In this document: in pieces, positions 21,113-30,176 of the stretch
How positions within the stretch are numbered: the first letter of the stretch is position 1
Layout: the number at the start of each line of letters is the position of its first letter
The notes under the pieces: generated by a model
Told to the model about the DNA's origin: nothing
The model's input: the letters and a program-made list of their open reading frames with translations, nothing else
Databases searched by the model: none
Assembly (NCBI GenBank): GCA_963847705.1
Contig: CAWKBC010000010.1
Location: forward strand, 1 to 64,000
Source: an uncultured Pseudomonadota bacterium
Lineage (GTDB): Bacteria; Myxococcota_A; Polyangia; Fen-1088
Direction: 5' to 3'
DNA: 64,000 bases
Made by a program: the position numbers and the translations under genes

Positions 21113-23443
21113 ATGAAGCTCAAGAGAGCACTGTTGTTGGTCCAAGCTTGTTCGTTGCTGGCGTTCGGTTGCGGCGGCGGCGGTCCGGCGGACGGGACGG
21201 GCGGCGGTTCGGCGGGGAGTGGCGGCGGGGGAAGTGGCCTCGCGGGACACGGCAGCGGTGGCAGCACCGGTAACGCGGGCGCCTCCGGCAACGCCGGTGC
21301 CTCCGGCAACGCGGGCAGCTCCGGCGACGCCGGCGCCCCCGGCAACGCCGGCGCCCCCGGCAACGCAGGCGCCTCCGGCAACGCCGGTGCCTCCGGCAAC
21401 GCGGGCAGCTCCGGCAACGCCGGCGCCCCAGGCAACGCGGGCGCTTCCGGCAACGCGGGCAACTCCGGCGCCGCGGGCGCCTCCGGCAACGCCGGCGCCT
21501 CCGGCAGCGCGGGCGACTCCGGCAACGCCGGCAGCTCCGGCAGCGCGGGCAACTCCGGCGCCGCCGGGACCAACGTTCCCCCGACCAAGTACACCGTCGG
21601 CGGAAGCATCTCGGGGCTGACCGGCGGCGGACTGGTGCTGCAGAACAACAGCGGCGACAACCTGACGGTCGCCGCCAACAGCACCTCATTCGTCTTCGCC
21701 ACTTCGATCGCCTCGGGCTCCGGTTACCAGGTCGCCGTGCTCACGCAGCCGAGCGGGCCCAGCCAGAGTTGCACCGTGACCGATGGCTCAGGCAACGTGG
21801 CCGGCGGCAACGTCACCAGCGTCTCGATCGTCTGCTCGACCACCTCGTTCGCCGTCGGCGGCTCGGTCGCCGGCCTCACCGGCTCGGGGCTGGTCCTTCG
21901 CGACAACGGCGGAGACGATCTGGCGGTGCCAGCCAATGCGACCTCGTTCACCTTCCCGACCAAGGTGGCAAGCGGCGCTCCGTTCGCGGTCACCATCCCC
22001 AGCCAACCCTCGTCGCCCTCGCAAGCCTGCATGGTGGCGGGCGGCAGCGGCAACGTCGGCGCCGGTGACGTCAGCAGCATCACCATCAACTGTATGACCA
22101 GTTCGTTCACCGTCGGCGGCGACGTCAGCGGCCTCGCGGGGACGGTCGTGCTGGAGGACGACGGCGGAGACGACGTCACCGTGTCGACGAACGGCTCGTT
22201 CGCCTTCGCGACGCCCGTCGCCAGCGGCCAGCCCTACGCGGTCACGGTTCTGACCCAACCGCTGAGCCCGATCAGCCAGACCTGCTCCGTCACCTCGGGC
22301 GCGGGAACGATCGCCGGCGCCCCGATCACGGCGCAGATCGCCTGCGTCACCAACAGCTACAACGTCCTGGCGTCGGTGAACGGGTTGACGCAGCCCGGCC
22401 TCACGCTGACCAACGGGACCGACTCGGTCTCCGTCACCGCCAGCGGAACGGTGACCGTCTCCGCCGCGGTCCTGAGCGGCACGGGCTACACGCTCGCCGT
22501 CGCCGCCCAGCCCGCCACGCAGACCTGCCTCCTCGTCTCCCCCAGCGGGACCGTGGGCGCCACCGACGCGACGGTGACCGTCAACTGCACCGACAACCTC
22601 TACAACGTGGCCGGCACGCTTTCCGGCGTGGTGGGAACCGTGTCATTGCACAACGGCGCTGACGACATCACGGTGGCCAACGGGAACTTTGCCTTCCCGA
22701 CCCAGCTGACCAGCGGGACGGCGTATGACGTCTCGGTCACCACGCCGCTCAGCGACTGCACCATCACCAACGGAAGCGGAGCGATCGCCGCCGCCGACAC
22801 AGCGATCACGATCGTCTGCAACCCGCCGCTGGTCTATTACTACCCGTTCGACGGCGACGCGACCGACAAGAGCGGCAACGGGCATGACGGTATGGTCAAC
22901 GGCGCCACCTTGGTGACTGACCGCAACGGGACGGCCAACAGCGCCTATGCGTTCGACGGATCGTCATGGATCGAGGCGGTGGGCGACTCCCTCCCGATCG
23001 GAAACGCCAGCCGCACGCTGACCATGTGGCTCAACCCCAACCCGGGGAACGCGCTGTGGGGGATCGTCTACTGGGGAAAGAATGACTGCACCGGAAACAT
23101 GTGGGGGCTCGGGTACCAGGGCTCGGCCACCTTCTGGGGCGGCTGCAACGACTTCGGAAGCGGGCTCACCATCCCCAGTGACGGAACCACCTGGACCTTC
23201 GTGGCCGTGAGCTTCACCGCGCCGAACCACATTCACGTCCGCGTGAACGGCGCGTACGCGGACCAGGACCTGGGGACCAACCCCATGACCCAGGCCAGCG
23301 AGCTCTGGATTGGCGGCGAGACCACCACCAACGATGACACCAACTTCCGCAACCACTACAACGGCGCCATCGACTCGATCCGCGTCTACAACCGCGCCCT
23401 CACCGACGCGGAGATCGACACGGTCGAGAACACGCTCCCGTAA
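21113..23443 (+). CDS. Surface lipoprotein: Gly/Ala linker, five ~85-aa beta-rich repeats, C-terminal LamG-like domain
   Basis: AGGAG RBS; lipobox AFGC; YTVGG.VSGL..GLVL repeats; YYPFDG...WTFVAV...IDSIRVYNRALTDAEI. Confidence 0.85.
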   Translation: MKLKRALLLVQACSLLAFGCGGGGPADGTGGGSAGSGGGGSGLAGHGSGGSTGNAGASGNAGASGNAGSSGDAGAPGNAGAPGNAGASGNAGASGNAGSSGNAGAPGNAGASGNAGNSGAAGASGNAGASGSAGDSGNAGSSGSAGNSGAAGTNVPPTKYTVGGSISGLTGGGLVLQNNSGDNLTVAANSTSFVFATSIASGSGYQVAVLTQPSGPSQSCTVTDGSGNVAGGNVTSVSIVCSTTSFAVGGSVAGLTGSGLVLRDNGGDDLAVPANATSFTFPTKVASGAPFAVTIPSQPSSPSQACMVAGGSGNVGAGDVSSITINCMTSSFTVGGDVSGLAGTVVLEDDGGDDVTVSTNGSFAFATPVASGQPYAVTVLTQPLSPISQTCSVTSGAGTIAGAPITAQIACVTNSYNVLASVNGLTQPGLTLTNGTDSVSVTASGTVTVSAAVLSGTGYTLAVAAQPATQTCLLVSPSGTVGATDATVTVNCTDNLYNVAGTLSGVVGTVSLHNGADDITVANGNFAFPTQLTSGTAYDVSVTTPLSDCTITNGSGAIAAADTAITIVCNPPLVYYYPFDGDATDKSGNGHDGMVNGATLVTDRNGTANSAYAFDGSSWIEAVGDSLPIGNASRTLTMWLNPNPGNALWGIVYWGKNDCTGNMWGLGYQGSATFWGGCNDFGSGLTIPSDGTTWTFVAVSFTAPNHIHVRVNGAYADQDLGTNPMTQASELWIGGETTTNDDTNFRNHYNGAIDSIRVYNRALTDAEIDTVENTLP
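21268..21565 (+). repeat. Coding tandem repeat, mostly 18-bp units (GNAGAS-like, about 16 copies)
   Basis: ggcaacgcsggcgcctcc-type units. Confidence 0.85.
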
Positions 23444-23465
23444 CCGTCCTCGGACCGCGAGCGCC

Positions 23466-23505
23466 ACGCGGGGTTCGGCCAGCCGGCTGAGCCCCGCGTT
23501 CTTGT
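23466..23505 (+). terminator. Probable intrinsic terminator
   Basis: 15-bp stem acgcggggttcggcc/ggctgagccccgcgt (two G-U pairs) followed by TCTTGT, between convergent genes. Confidence 0.6.
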
Positions 23506-23550
23506 ATCTGGCGCCCGGCGGCCGGCGCCTGCGCGGCGGGCGCCCGCCCT

Positions 23551-24897
23551 TCAGCGCGGTGGAAAGGTGCCGGCGCTCCGGCGCAGGGCCAGATCGGCGA
23601 TCGCCGCGTTGAAGCGAGCCTCGGCCAGCGACTCCTGGGCGATGACCAGGTTGTCCTGCGCATTGAGCAGATCGATCTGGGCCACGGTCCCCGCTTCGTA
23701 CTGCGAACGGACGAGCTCCAACGTCTCCTGGGCCAGCTCGTCGCCCCGCTGCGCGGCCTTGATCCCCTCCCGCCTGGTCTCGAGCAAGCTGCGGTTGTTG
23801 GCCAGATCGTCGCGGATGGAGTCGGTGAGCACGGCGGCCTGCGCCGCCGCCTGCGCCGCCTGCGCCGCCGCCAGGTGGCGCTGCGCGTCCCGCGTGCCGC
23901 CGTCGAACAATGTCCAGTCGAGCTCCGCTCCCACCGACCAGGCGTAGTTGTCGCCGGTGAAGCCGACGTAATTGCCGATGTTGGCCTTGGCGAAGGCCGA
24001 CAGCGTGGGCGCCCACTGCCAGGCGTGGGCGCGGCGCTGAGCATCGAACGCTTCCTGCGAGAGGATGACGCTGCGGAACTCGGGCCGCAGGTGCAGGGCC
24101 AGGTCGAGATCGGTCTCTCCGGGCGGTGGCAGCGCCTCGGGTGGCACCGCCTTCAGCGGTCCGTCGGCCTGGATCAACGTGGCGAGCGCCCGGTACGACT
24201 GCTCCTGCGCGTAGCGCGCGTCGAGCTCCCCCTGTTTGGCGCGCACCAGCGCCAGCTCGGCGCGGTCGACGTCGACCTTGGTGACGGTGCCGGCGGAAAA
24301 CCGGCTCTGCGCGTTGTCCAGCGTCGCCTGGGCGACCTTGATCGCCGAGTCCCGGACCAGCAACACCTCGTCGGAGACGGCCGCCGCGTAGAACGTCTGG
24401 GCCACCGAGTAGAGGACGGTGTCCTCCGAGGCCTGGAAGTCCGCCTCCGATGAACCGTAGCCCTTCTTCACCGCGTCGAGCGCCGGGTAGGCGGCGGGCG
24501 CGATGAGCGGCATGGTGGCGCTGATGTTGGCGTCGAACTGGTCCTGCTTGAGGATCGTGACGTTGTAACTGCCGTTCGAGGCCCCTGGCATCGGCGTGAA
24601 GCCGAGACCCATGAGCAACGCCCCGAAGTCGAGCGTGGCGTTCTTGTAGTTGCGGGTGAACCTTCCCTGCGCGGCAACCACCGGGAACAGCGCCGACCAG
24701 GCCTGCTCGATGTTGGTGTGCGCCGCGGCCAGCCGCGCGCGCTCGACGACCAGGTTCTTGTTGGCGCGCTTGGCCATCGCCAGCGCTTGCTCCATGGTCA
24801 GCTCGCGTGGGGCAGGGGCCGCCGTCTGGGCGCGCGTGACCACCGGGGCCAACGCCAGCAGCGCCACGGTCGCGGAAACAACGGCTGCTCTTCTCAT
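23551..24897 (-). CDS. TolC-family outer-membrane efflux protein
   Basis: Signal peptide MRRAAVV..., two OEP repeats (RFSAGTVTKVDV; QYEAGTVAQIDLLNAQ); alternative in-frame starts up to 24942. Confidence 0.9.
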   Translation of the reverse strand: MRRAAVVSATVALLALAPVVTRAQTAAPAPRELTMEQALAMAKRANKNLVVERARLAAAHTNIEQAWSALFPVVAAQGRFTRNYKNATLDFGALLMGLGFTPMPGASNGSYNVTILKQDQFDANISATMPLIAPAAYPALDAVKKGYGSSEADFQASEDTVLYSVAQTFYAAAVSDEVLLVRDSAIKVAQATLDNAQSRFSAGTVTKVDVDRAELALVRAKQGELDARYAQEQSYRALATLIQADGPLKAVPPEALPPPGETDLDLALHLRPEFRSVILSQEAFDAQRRAHAWQWAPTLSAFAKANIGNYVGFTGDNYAWSVGAELDWTLFDGGTRDAQRHLAAAQAAQAAAQAAVLTDSIRDDLANNRSLLETRREGIKAAQRGDELAQETLELVRSQYEAGTVAQIDLLNAQDNLVIAQESLAEARFNAAIADLALRRSAGTFPPR

Positions 24898-24953
24898 CGT
24901 CGAATCTCTCATCATCGGATCTCTCACTGTCGGATCTCTCACTGTCGGATCTC
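24894..24953 (-). repeat. Four 15-bp tandem units at the RND-stop / TolC-start junction
   Basis: + strand tcatcgtcgaatctc, tcatcatcggatctc, then tcactgtcggatctc twice. Confidence 0.9.
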
Positions 24954-27900
24954 CACCACCGGCGGTGGGCCGTGCCCGTTGGCGGCCGCCAGCTGTTCGG
25001 GCTTGGGCATGATCTCGTCGGCGCCGGTCTCGGAGTCGGGGCGCGTCTTCAGCCGCAGCACGCGGCGGGTCCAGTTGGCCAGATCGTCGAACAGCGAGTA
25101 GGCGACCGGCGTCGCCAGCAGCGTGAGCAGCAGCGACAGGATCTGACCGCCGACCACCGGGCCGGCGGTGGCGCGGTTGAACTCGGCGCCGATCCCCTTG
25201 GAGGTGAGCAGCGGGAGCATGCCGGCCACGAACGCCATGGTGGTCATCAAGATGGGGCGCAGACGGTCGCGGTTTCCGTGCAGGATGGCGTCGAGCCGCG
25301 AGTGCCCCTCGGCGCGCAGCTGGTTGATGTGGTCGATCTGGAGGATGGAGTTCTTCTTCACCACGCCGAACAGCACCAGGACACCGAGCATGGTGAAGAT
25401 GTCCAGCGACTGCCCCAGGACGAGGAGCGAGATCAACGCGAACGGCACCGTCAGCGGCAGCGCCAGCAGGATGGTGATCGGGTGCAGCCAGGACTCGAAC
25501 TGCGCCGCCAGGATGAGGTACATGAAGATGAACGACATCCCGAAGGCCAGGAGGAAGGCCTTGCCGGTGCGGGCGATCTCCTTGGACTGCCCGAACGGCA
25601 CGAAGCGGAACTGCGACGGGAGGTTCAGCTGCTTGACCGCCTTTTCGAGCGCCGCCCCCACCTCGCCCGAGCCGACGCCGGGCGACGTGTTGGCCAGGAA
25701 GGTCACCTGCACCTGGCGCGCGTAGCGGTCGATCTTCGAGGGGCCCTCGGCGCGCTTCATCTCCACGACGTCGAGGAGGGGCACCGAGCCCAGCCGCGAG
25801 GAGGGGACGGTGAGCTGCGCCAGCGCGTCGGGGCTGTTGCGGAAGGACTCGTCGGCGCGCACCAGGATGTCGTACTCCCGTCCCGCCTCCTCGTAGCGAG
25901 AGACCTTCACCCCGCCGATCAAGAGCTGCGACGCGGTCGCCACGTCGGCGACGTTGACGCCCAGATCGGCCGCCTTGCGCCGGCTGACGGTGGCCACCAG
26001 CTCGGGGTTGCCGGTGACCAGCGTGGTGTCGACGTCGACCGCGCCGGGGATCGCCTTCATCTTGTCGACGATCTTCTGGGAGTAATTGATGACGCCGTTC
26101 AGGTCGGGCCCGGTCAGGATGTACTGCACCGTCGCCGTGCTGAAGGTGCCGCCGCCGAAGGCCGCCACCGCGGAGGCGCTGATGCGGAATTCCTTGGGCT
26201 GCTTGGGGACGATCTGGGTGCGCACCCGGGCCTGCAGCTCGTCCTGCGACACCTTGCGCTTGTCGGGCGGCAAGAGGCGCACGAAGATGGAGGCCAGGTT
26301 GGGCGTCTGCTGGCTGTTGTCGCCGATGGTGACCAGCGTGGTCGAGACCTCCGGCCAGCCGCGCACCTCGCGGGCGATCCGCTCGGCGGAGAGCGCGGTG
26401 GCCGCCAGGCTGCTCCCCTCCGGCGTCCGCAGGCTGATCTCGAACTGCGCCTCGTCGTTCTTCGGCAAGAAGCCCTTGGGAACCGCCTTGGCCAGGGGGC
26501 CGATGGCGACGATGGCGCCGACCGCGGCGATCACCACGATCCAGCGGTGCCGCATCACGAAGGCCAGCACCTTCATGTAGAAGCGCTCGATCGGCAGGTA
26601 GAACCCGTCGACCAGCCGCTCGAGGAACGACTTGCGCCGCTCGCTGTCCGGGCGCAGGTCGAGCCGCAGCCAGCGCGACGCCAGCATCGGCGTCAGGGTG
26701 AAGCTGACGAACAGCGAGATGGCGATGGCGGCGCCCATCGTCAGGCCGAAGCTGCGCAGGAAGCGCCCCGGGATGCTGTTCATGAAGGCGACCGGAAGGA
26801 AGACGGCCAGCAGCGACAGCGTCGTCGCCAGCACGGCCAGGCCGATCTCCTTGGTGGCGTAGATCGCCGCCGGCATCGGCCGGATCTTCTTCTCGTTGAC
26901 GAAGCGAAAGATGTTCTCCAGCACGACGATGGCGTCGTCGATGACGATGCCGACCGCCAGCGCCAGCGCCAGCAGCGAGATGGTGTTCAGCGTGAACCCC
27001 ATCAGCCACATCAGCAGGAAGGTCCCCACGATGGACGTCGGAATCGCCAGCGCCGCGATGATGGTGCTGCGAAAGTTTCCCAGAAAAAGCAGCACCACCA
27101 GCGAGGCCAGGATCGACCCCAGCACCAGGTGCTCCTTGACCGCGTCGACGCTGGTGCGGGTGGTCTCCGTGTTGTCGCGGATGACCTCCAGCTTGTAGCC
27201 CGAGGGCATCGAGGGGGCCAGCTCCTTCATGCGCTCGCGCAGCGCGTCGACCACCGCCACGCTGTTCTCGCCGGACTGCTTGCGGATGGAGAGCACGACG
27301 GCCTCTTTGCCGGCGATGCTGGCGGCGGTGGCGGCCTCTTCTTGACCGTCGATCACCTGCCCGACGTCGCGGATCATGATCGGGTGATTCTCGACGTTGC
27401 GGATGACGATCTCCCCCACCGCCTCCGCGCTCGGCACGCGGCCGCTCACCCGGAAGGTGAGCAACGACGGGCCGGTGTCGACCGTTCCGCCGGGCGTGCT
27501 GACGTTCTGACTGACGATGGCCCGCTGCACGTCGACCGCGGTCAGCGAGGCCGCGCGCAGCCGCTCGGGATCGAGCACCACCTGGATCTGGCGCTTGCGC
27601 CCGCCGACGATCGACACCTGGCCGACGCCGGAGACGTTCTCCAGCGCCTCGCGGATCTCGTGGTCGGCGTACTCGGTCACCTCCCGGATGGGACGGGTCG
27701 ACTGCAAGGCCAGAAAAAGCACCGGCGCGGCGTCGGGATCCAGCTTGCTGATCTCCGGGCTCTTGGTCCCCTCGGGCAGATCGTTCAGGATCGTGGAGAC
27801 GTGCTCGCGCACCTCCTGCGCCGCGACGTTGACGTCCTTGTCGAGCTTGAAGCTGACGATGACCTGGGAGACGCCCTCGGTCGAGATCGAGCGCAGCTCG

Positions 27901-28136
27901 TCGATGCCGTTGATGGTGTTGATCGCCTCCTCGATCTTGTCGGAGAGCTCGGTGGCGATCTCCTCCGGCGCGGCACCGGGCAGGGTGGTGATCACCTGGA
28001 CGACCGGCAGATCGACGTTGGGGAAGCGATCGACGTTGAGCTGCTTGTAGCCGACGATGCCGACCACCACGATGAACAGGATGAGCACGGTCGCGAAGAC
28101 CGGGCGGCGAACGCAGATACTGGCCAGCCACTGCAT
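24939..28136 (-). CDS. RND efflux permease (AcrB/MdtBC-like)
   Basis: RRPVFA, GIVIDDAIVVLEN, KKNSIL, RLRPILMTT; 1065 aa. Confidence 0.95.
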   Translation of the reverse strand: MQWLASICVRRPVFATVLILFIVVVGIVGYKQLNVDRFPNVDLPVVQVITTLPGAAPEEIATELSDKIEEAINTINGIDELRSISTEGVSQVIVSFKLDKDVNVAAQEVREHVSTILNDLPEGTKSPEISKLDPDAAPVLFLALQSTRPIREVTEYADHEIREALENVSGVGQVSIVGGRKRQIQVVLDPERLRAASLTAVDVQRAIVSQNVSTPGGTVDTGPSLLTFRVSGRVPSAEAVGEIVIRNVENHPIMIRDVGQVIDGQEEAATAASIAGKEAVVLSIRKQSGENSVAVVDALRERMKELAPSMPSGYKLEVIRDNTETTRTSVDAVKEHLVLGSILASLVVLLFLGNFRSTIIAALAIPTSIVGTFLLMWLMGFTLNTISLLALALAVGIVIDDAIVVLENIFRFVNEKKIRPMPAAIYATKEIGLAVLATTLSLLAVFLPVAFMNSIPGRFLRSFGLTMGAAIAISLFVSFTLTPMLASRWLRLDLRPDSERRKSFLERLVDGFYLPIERFYMKVLAFVMRHRWIVVIAAVGAIVAIGPLAKAVPKGFLPKNDEAQFEISLRTPEGSSLAATALSAERIAREVRGWPEVSTTLVTIGDNSQQTPNLASIFVRLLPPDKRKVSQDELQARVRTQIVPKQPKEFRISASAVAAFGGGTFSTATVQYILTGPDLNGVINYSQKIVDKMKAIPGAVDVDTTLVTGNPELVATVSRRKAADLGVNVADVATASQLLIGGVKVSRYEEAGREYDILVRADESFRNSPDALAQLTVPSSRLGSVPLLDVVEMKRAEGPSKIDRYARQVQVTFLANTSPGVGSGEVGAALEKAVKQLNLPSQFRFVPFGQSKEIARTGKAFLLAFGMSFIFMYLILAAQFESWLHPITILLALPLTVPFALISLLVLGQSLDIFTMLGVLVLFGVVKKNSILQIDHINQLRAEGHSRLDAILHGNRDRLRPILMTTMAFVAGMLPLLTSKGIGAEFNRATAGPVVGGQILSLLLTLLATPVAYSLFDDLANWTRRVLRLKTRPDSETGADEIMPKPEQLAAANGHGPPPVVEIRQ

Positions 28137-28145
28137 GACGGTCCC

Positions 28146-29234
28146 CTACTTCACGCGCGCGCCGTCGCGCACGTCCGGAGTGAGCTCTGCGACCACCTGC
28201 TCGCCGGCCTTGAGGCCGCTGACGATGGGGACCTGGCTCCCCAGCTTGTCACCCGCCTGGACCAGGCGATCCTCGAGGCGCCCGCTCACGGCGACGTAGA
28301 CGTGGCGGAGGGTGCCGTCGCTCCGCACCGCCGTGGCCGGAATGGCCGGCAGGTCCTGCTCGCCGACGGCGAGCCGCGCGGTGACGAACATGCCCGGCCG
28401 CAGCTCGTGCGTGTCGTTGGCGAACACCGCCTCCACCACCGCGTCGCGGCTCTGCTTGCGCACCGACGGTCCGACATAGCGGATCTTGCCGTTGTAGACC
28501 CGCCCGCCGCTTTCGCCGGCCGTGCGGAAGCTGACCTCCATCCCCTGGCGCACCAGCGCCACATCGGACTCGGGGACGGTGATCTCCACCCGCAGCGCGT
28601 CGGTGTTGACCAGCGTGACCACGCGCGAGTCGACCCGCACGTACTCCCCCGCGGTGACCGCGCGCTCTTCGACCATCCCGGAAAACGGCGCGCGGATCTC
28701 GGTGTCGCGCAGCGCCTCGGCGGTCAGCGTCTTCCTGGCCTCCGCCGCCTCGACCGACCACTTGGTGGTCTGGCACTGGGTGCGCGCCTTGTCGTAGTCG
28801 GACTGGGAGATGGCCCCCTTGGCGTTGAGGCGCTCGACGCGGCCGCAGTCGAGCGCGGCCCCGGCTGCCTGCGCCTTCATCGACTCCGCGTCGGCCGCGG
28901 CTTGCGCTGCCTGGGCGCTGACCGCCCGAGAATCGAGGCGCGCCAGGATGGCCCCTTTCTTCACGATCGACCCGCGCTCGACGTAGGTGGCGATCACCTT
29001 GCCGGCGGCGCCGGCGGCCACCTGCGCCTCTTCGGAGCCGATGAGCGACCCCGAGAGCGTCACCACCCGCGGCGTCTTCATCACCTCGGCGGCGACCAGC
29101 TTCACGGCGATGGGCGCCGCCTCCGTGTCGGTGCTGGGTGCCGCCTCCGCCCCCGACCGCCCGCAACCGGCGGCGCCGGCCAGCGCGATCGGCAGCACAA
29201 TCAAGGACCAACGGCTCCAAGCCTCGATTCGCAT
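28146..29234 (-). CDS. RND periplasmic adaptor (MFP), probable lipoprotein
   Basis: Lipobox AAGC, IRAPFSG, LRPGMF, GLKAGEQVV; start ATG 29234 or 29258. Confidence 0.92.
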   Translation of the reverse strand: MRIEAWSRWSLIVLPIALAGAAGCGRSGAEAAPSTDTEAAPIAVKLVAAEVMKTPRVVTLSGSLIGSEEAQVAAGAAGKVIATYVERGSIVKKGAILARLDSRAVSAQAAQAAADAESMKAQAAGAALDCGRVERLNAKGAISQSDYDKARTQCQTTKWSVEAAEARKTLTAEALRDTEIRAPFSGMVEERAVTAGEYVRVDSRVVTLVNTDALRVEITVPESDVALVRQGMEVSFRTAGESGGRVYNGKIRYVGPSVRKQSRDAVVEAVFANDTHELRPGMFVTARLAVGEQDLPAIPATAVRSDGTLRHVYVAVSGRLEDRLVQAGDKLGSQVPIVSGLKAGEQVVAELTPDVRDGARVK

Positions 29235-29357
29235 GACCCTTTTCGTCTCGTCTTTCATGGATTCTCTCGTCGCGAAGGGGTGGTCGGGTTCAGGGTGTAG
29301 TCGTATACGACGATATTTGACCTTGTCAATCATCAAAAGTGTGGACAATATACATTC

Positions 29358-29894
29358 ATGACCTTGAGGGGAGCTCCACCGCCGGATGGCCTGCCAGGCC
29401 ACCCCGAGCCGGATTCGGGCGGGCCGCCTCACGTCCAGGCGGACGACGCCTGGGCCACGGTCATCTCGCTCTGCTTCAGCGTCCGGGACTGGTGGAGCGC
29501 GCTCTGCGAGGAGCTCGACCTCACGCCATCGCAAGGGATGGCGCTCAAGAACCTCGATCGCCCGCTGCCGATGAGCACGCTCGCCGACGTGCTGGCCTGC
29601 GACGCCTCCAACGTCACCGGGATCGTCGACAAGCTGGAGTCGCGCGGCCTCATCGCCCGCCGCGGCGCCGATCATGACCGGCGGGTGAAGATGCTCTGCG
29701 TGACCGACCTCGGACGCTCGTTGCGGGACCGGCTGGTCAAGCGGCTGCTCGAGCCCCCGGCCGCGCTGGCGGCGCTCCCGCTCGACCTCAAGACCCGCCT
29801 GACCGCCACCCTGCGCAAGGTGATCGGCGAGCTGTCTGACCCGGCTGCCGTCGAAGAGCAGCGCCGGCGCTCCCTCCCCGTCGCCCGCGGCTGA
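29358..29894 (+). CDS. MarR-family transcriptional regulator, divergent from the efflux operon
   Basis: LTPSQ, CDASNVTGIVDKLESRGLI, DRRVK..TDLG. Confidence 0.92.
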   Translation: MTLRGAPPPDGLPGHPEPDSGGPPHVQADDAWATVISLCFSVRDWWSALCEELDLTPSQGMALKNLDRPLPMSTLADVLACDASNVTGIVDKLESRGLIARRGADHDRRVKMLCVTDLGRSLRDRLVKRLLEPPAALAALPLDLKTRLTATLRKVIGELSDPAAVEEQRRRSLPVARG

Positions 29895-29921
29895 TCCGGC
29901 CTGGCTGCCTGCAGCAGCGGA

Positions 29922-29985
29922 AATTTCGGTAGTGGGTCAGTTTGAAAGCTTGCCGCCTTTTTCAAACTGACCCACTACCGAAATT
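29922..29985. repeat. Perfect 26-bp inverted repeat with 12-nt spacer (REP/REPIN-like hairpin)
   Basis: AATTTCGGTAGTGGGTCAGTTTGAAA (29922-29947) and its exact reverse complement (29960-29985). Confidence 0.9.
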
Positions 29986-30176
29986 CCGCGGAGCTGCGTC
30001 GCAGCCCCCGCTGCGGCCGGTGGCGTCCTTCGTCGCCCGGTGACCTCTCCGACAGCGGGTCGGACACCGCAGCGATCGGGGAAATGCTTGTTCCCGCAGG
30101 CAATCTGCTAGCATGAGCCGCTCATTTGTCTTCAGGGCGTTGGGGCAGGCTCCCGGATAGACCAAAGGAGGCGACG

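Noticed and set aside
21268-21565. Regular repeats as a possible CRISPR array (also 7111-8575, 32836-32917, 42371-42436)
   Set aside because: No unique spacers, units too short or coding, no cas genes
23551-28131. 1526-aa ORF suggesting a giant TolC fusion
   Set aside because: The upstream part is an off-frame read of the RND gene; TolC with its signal peptide starts at about 24897
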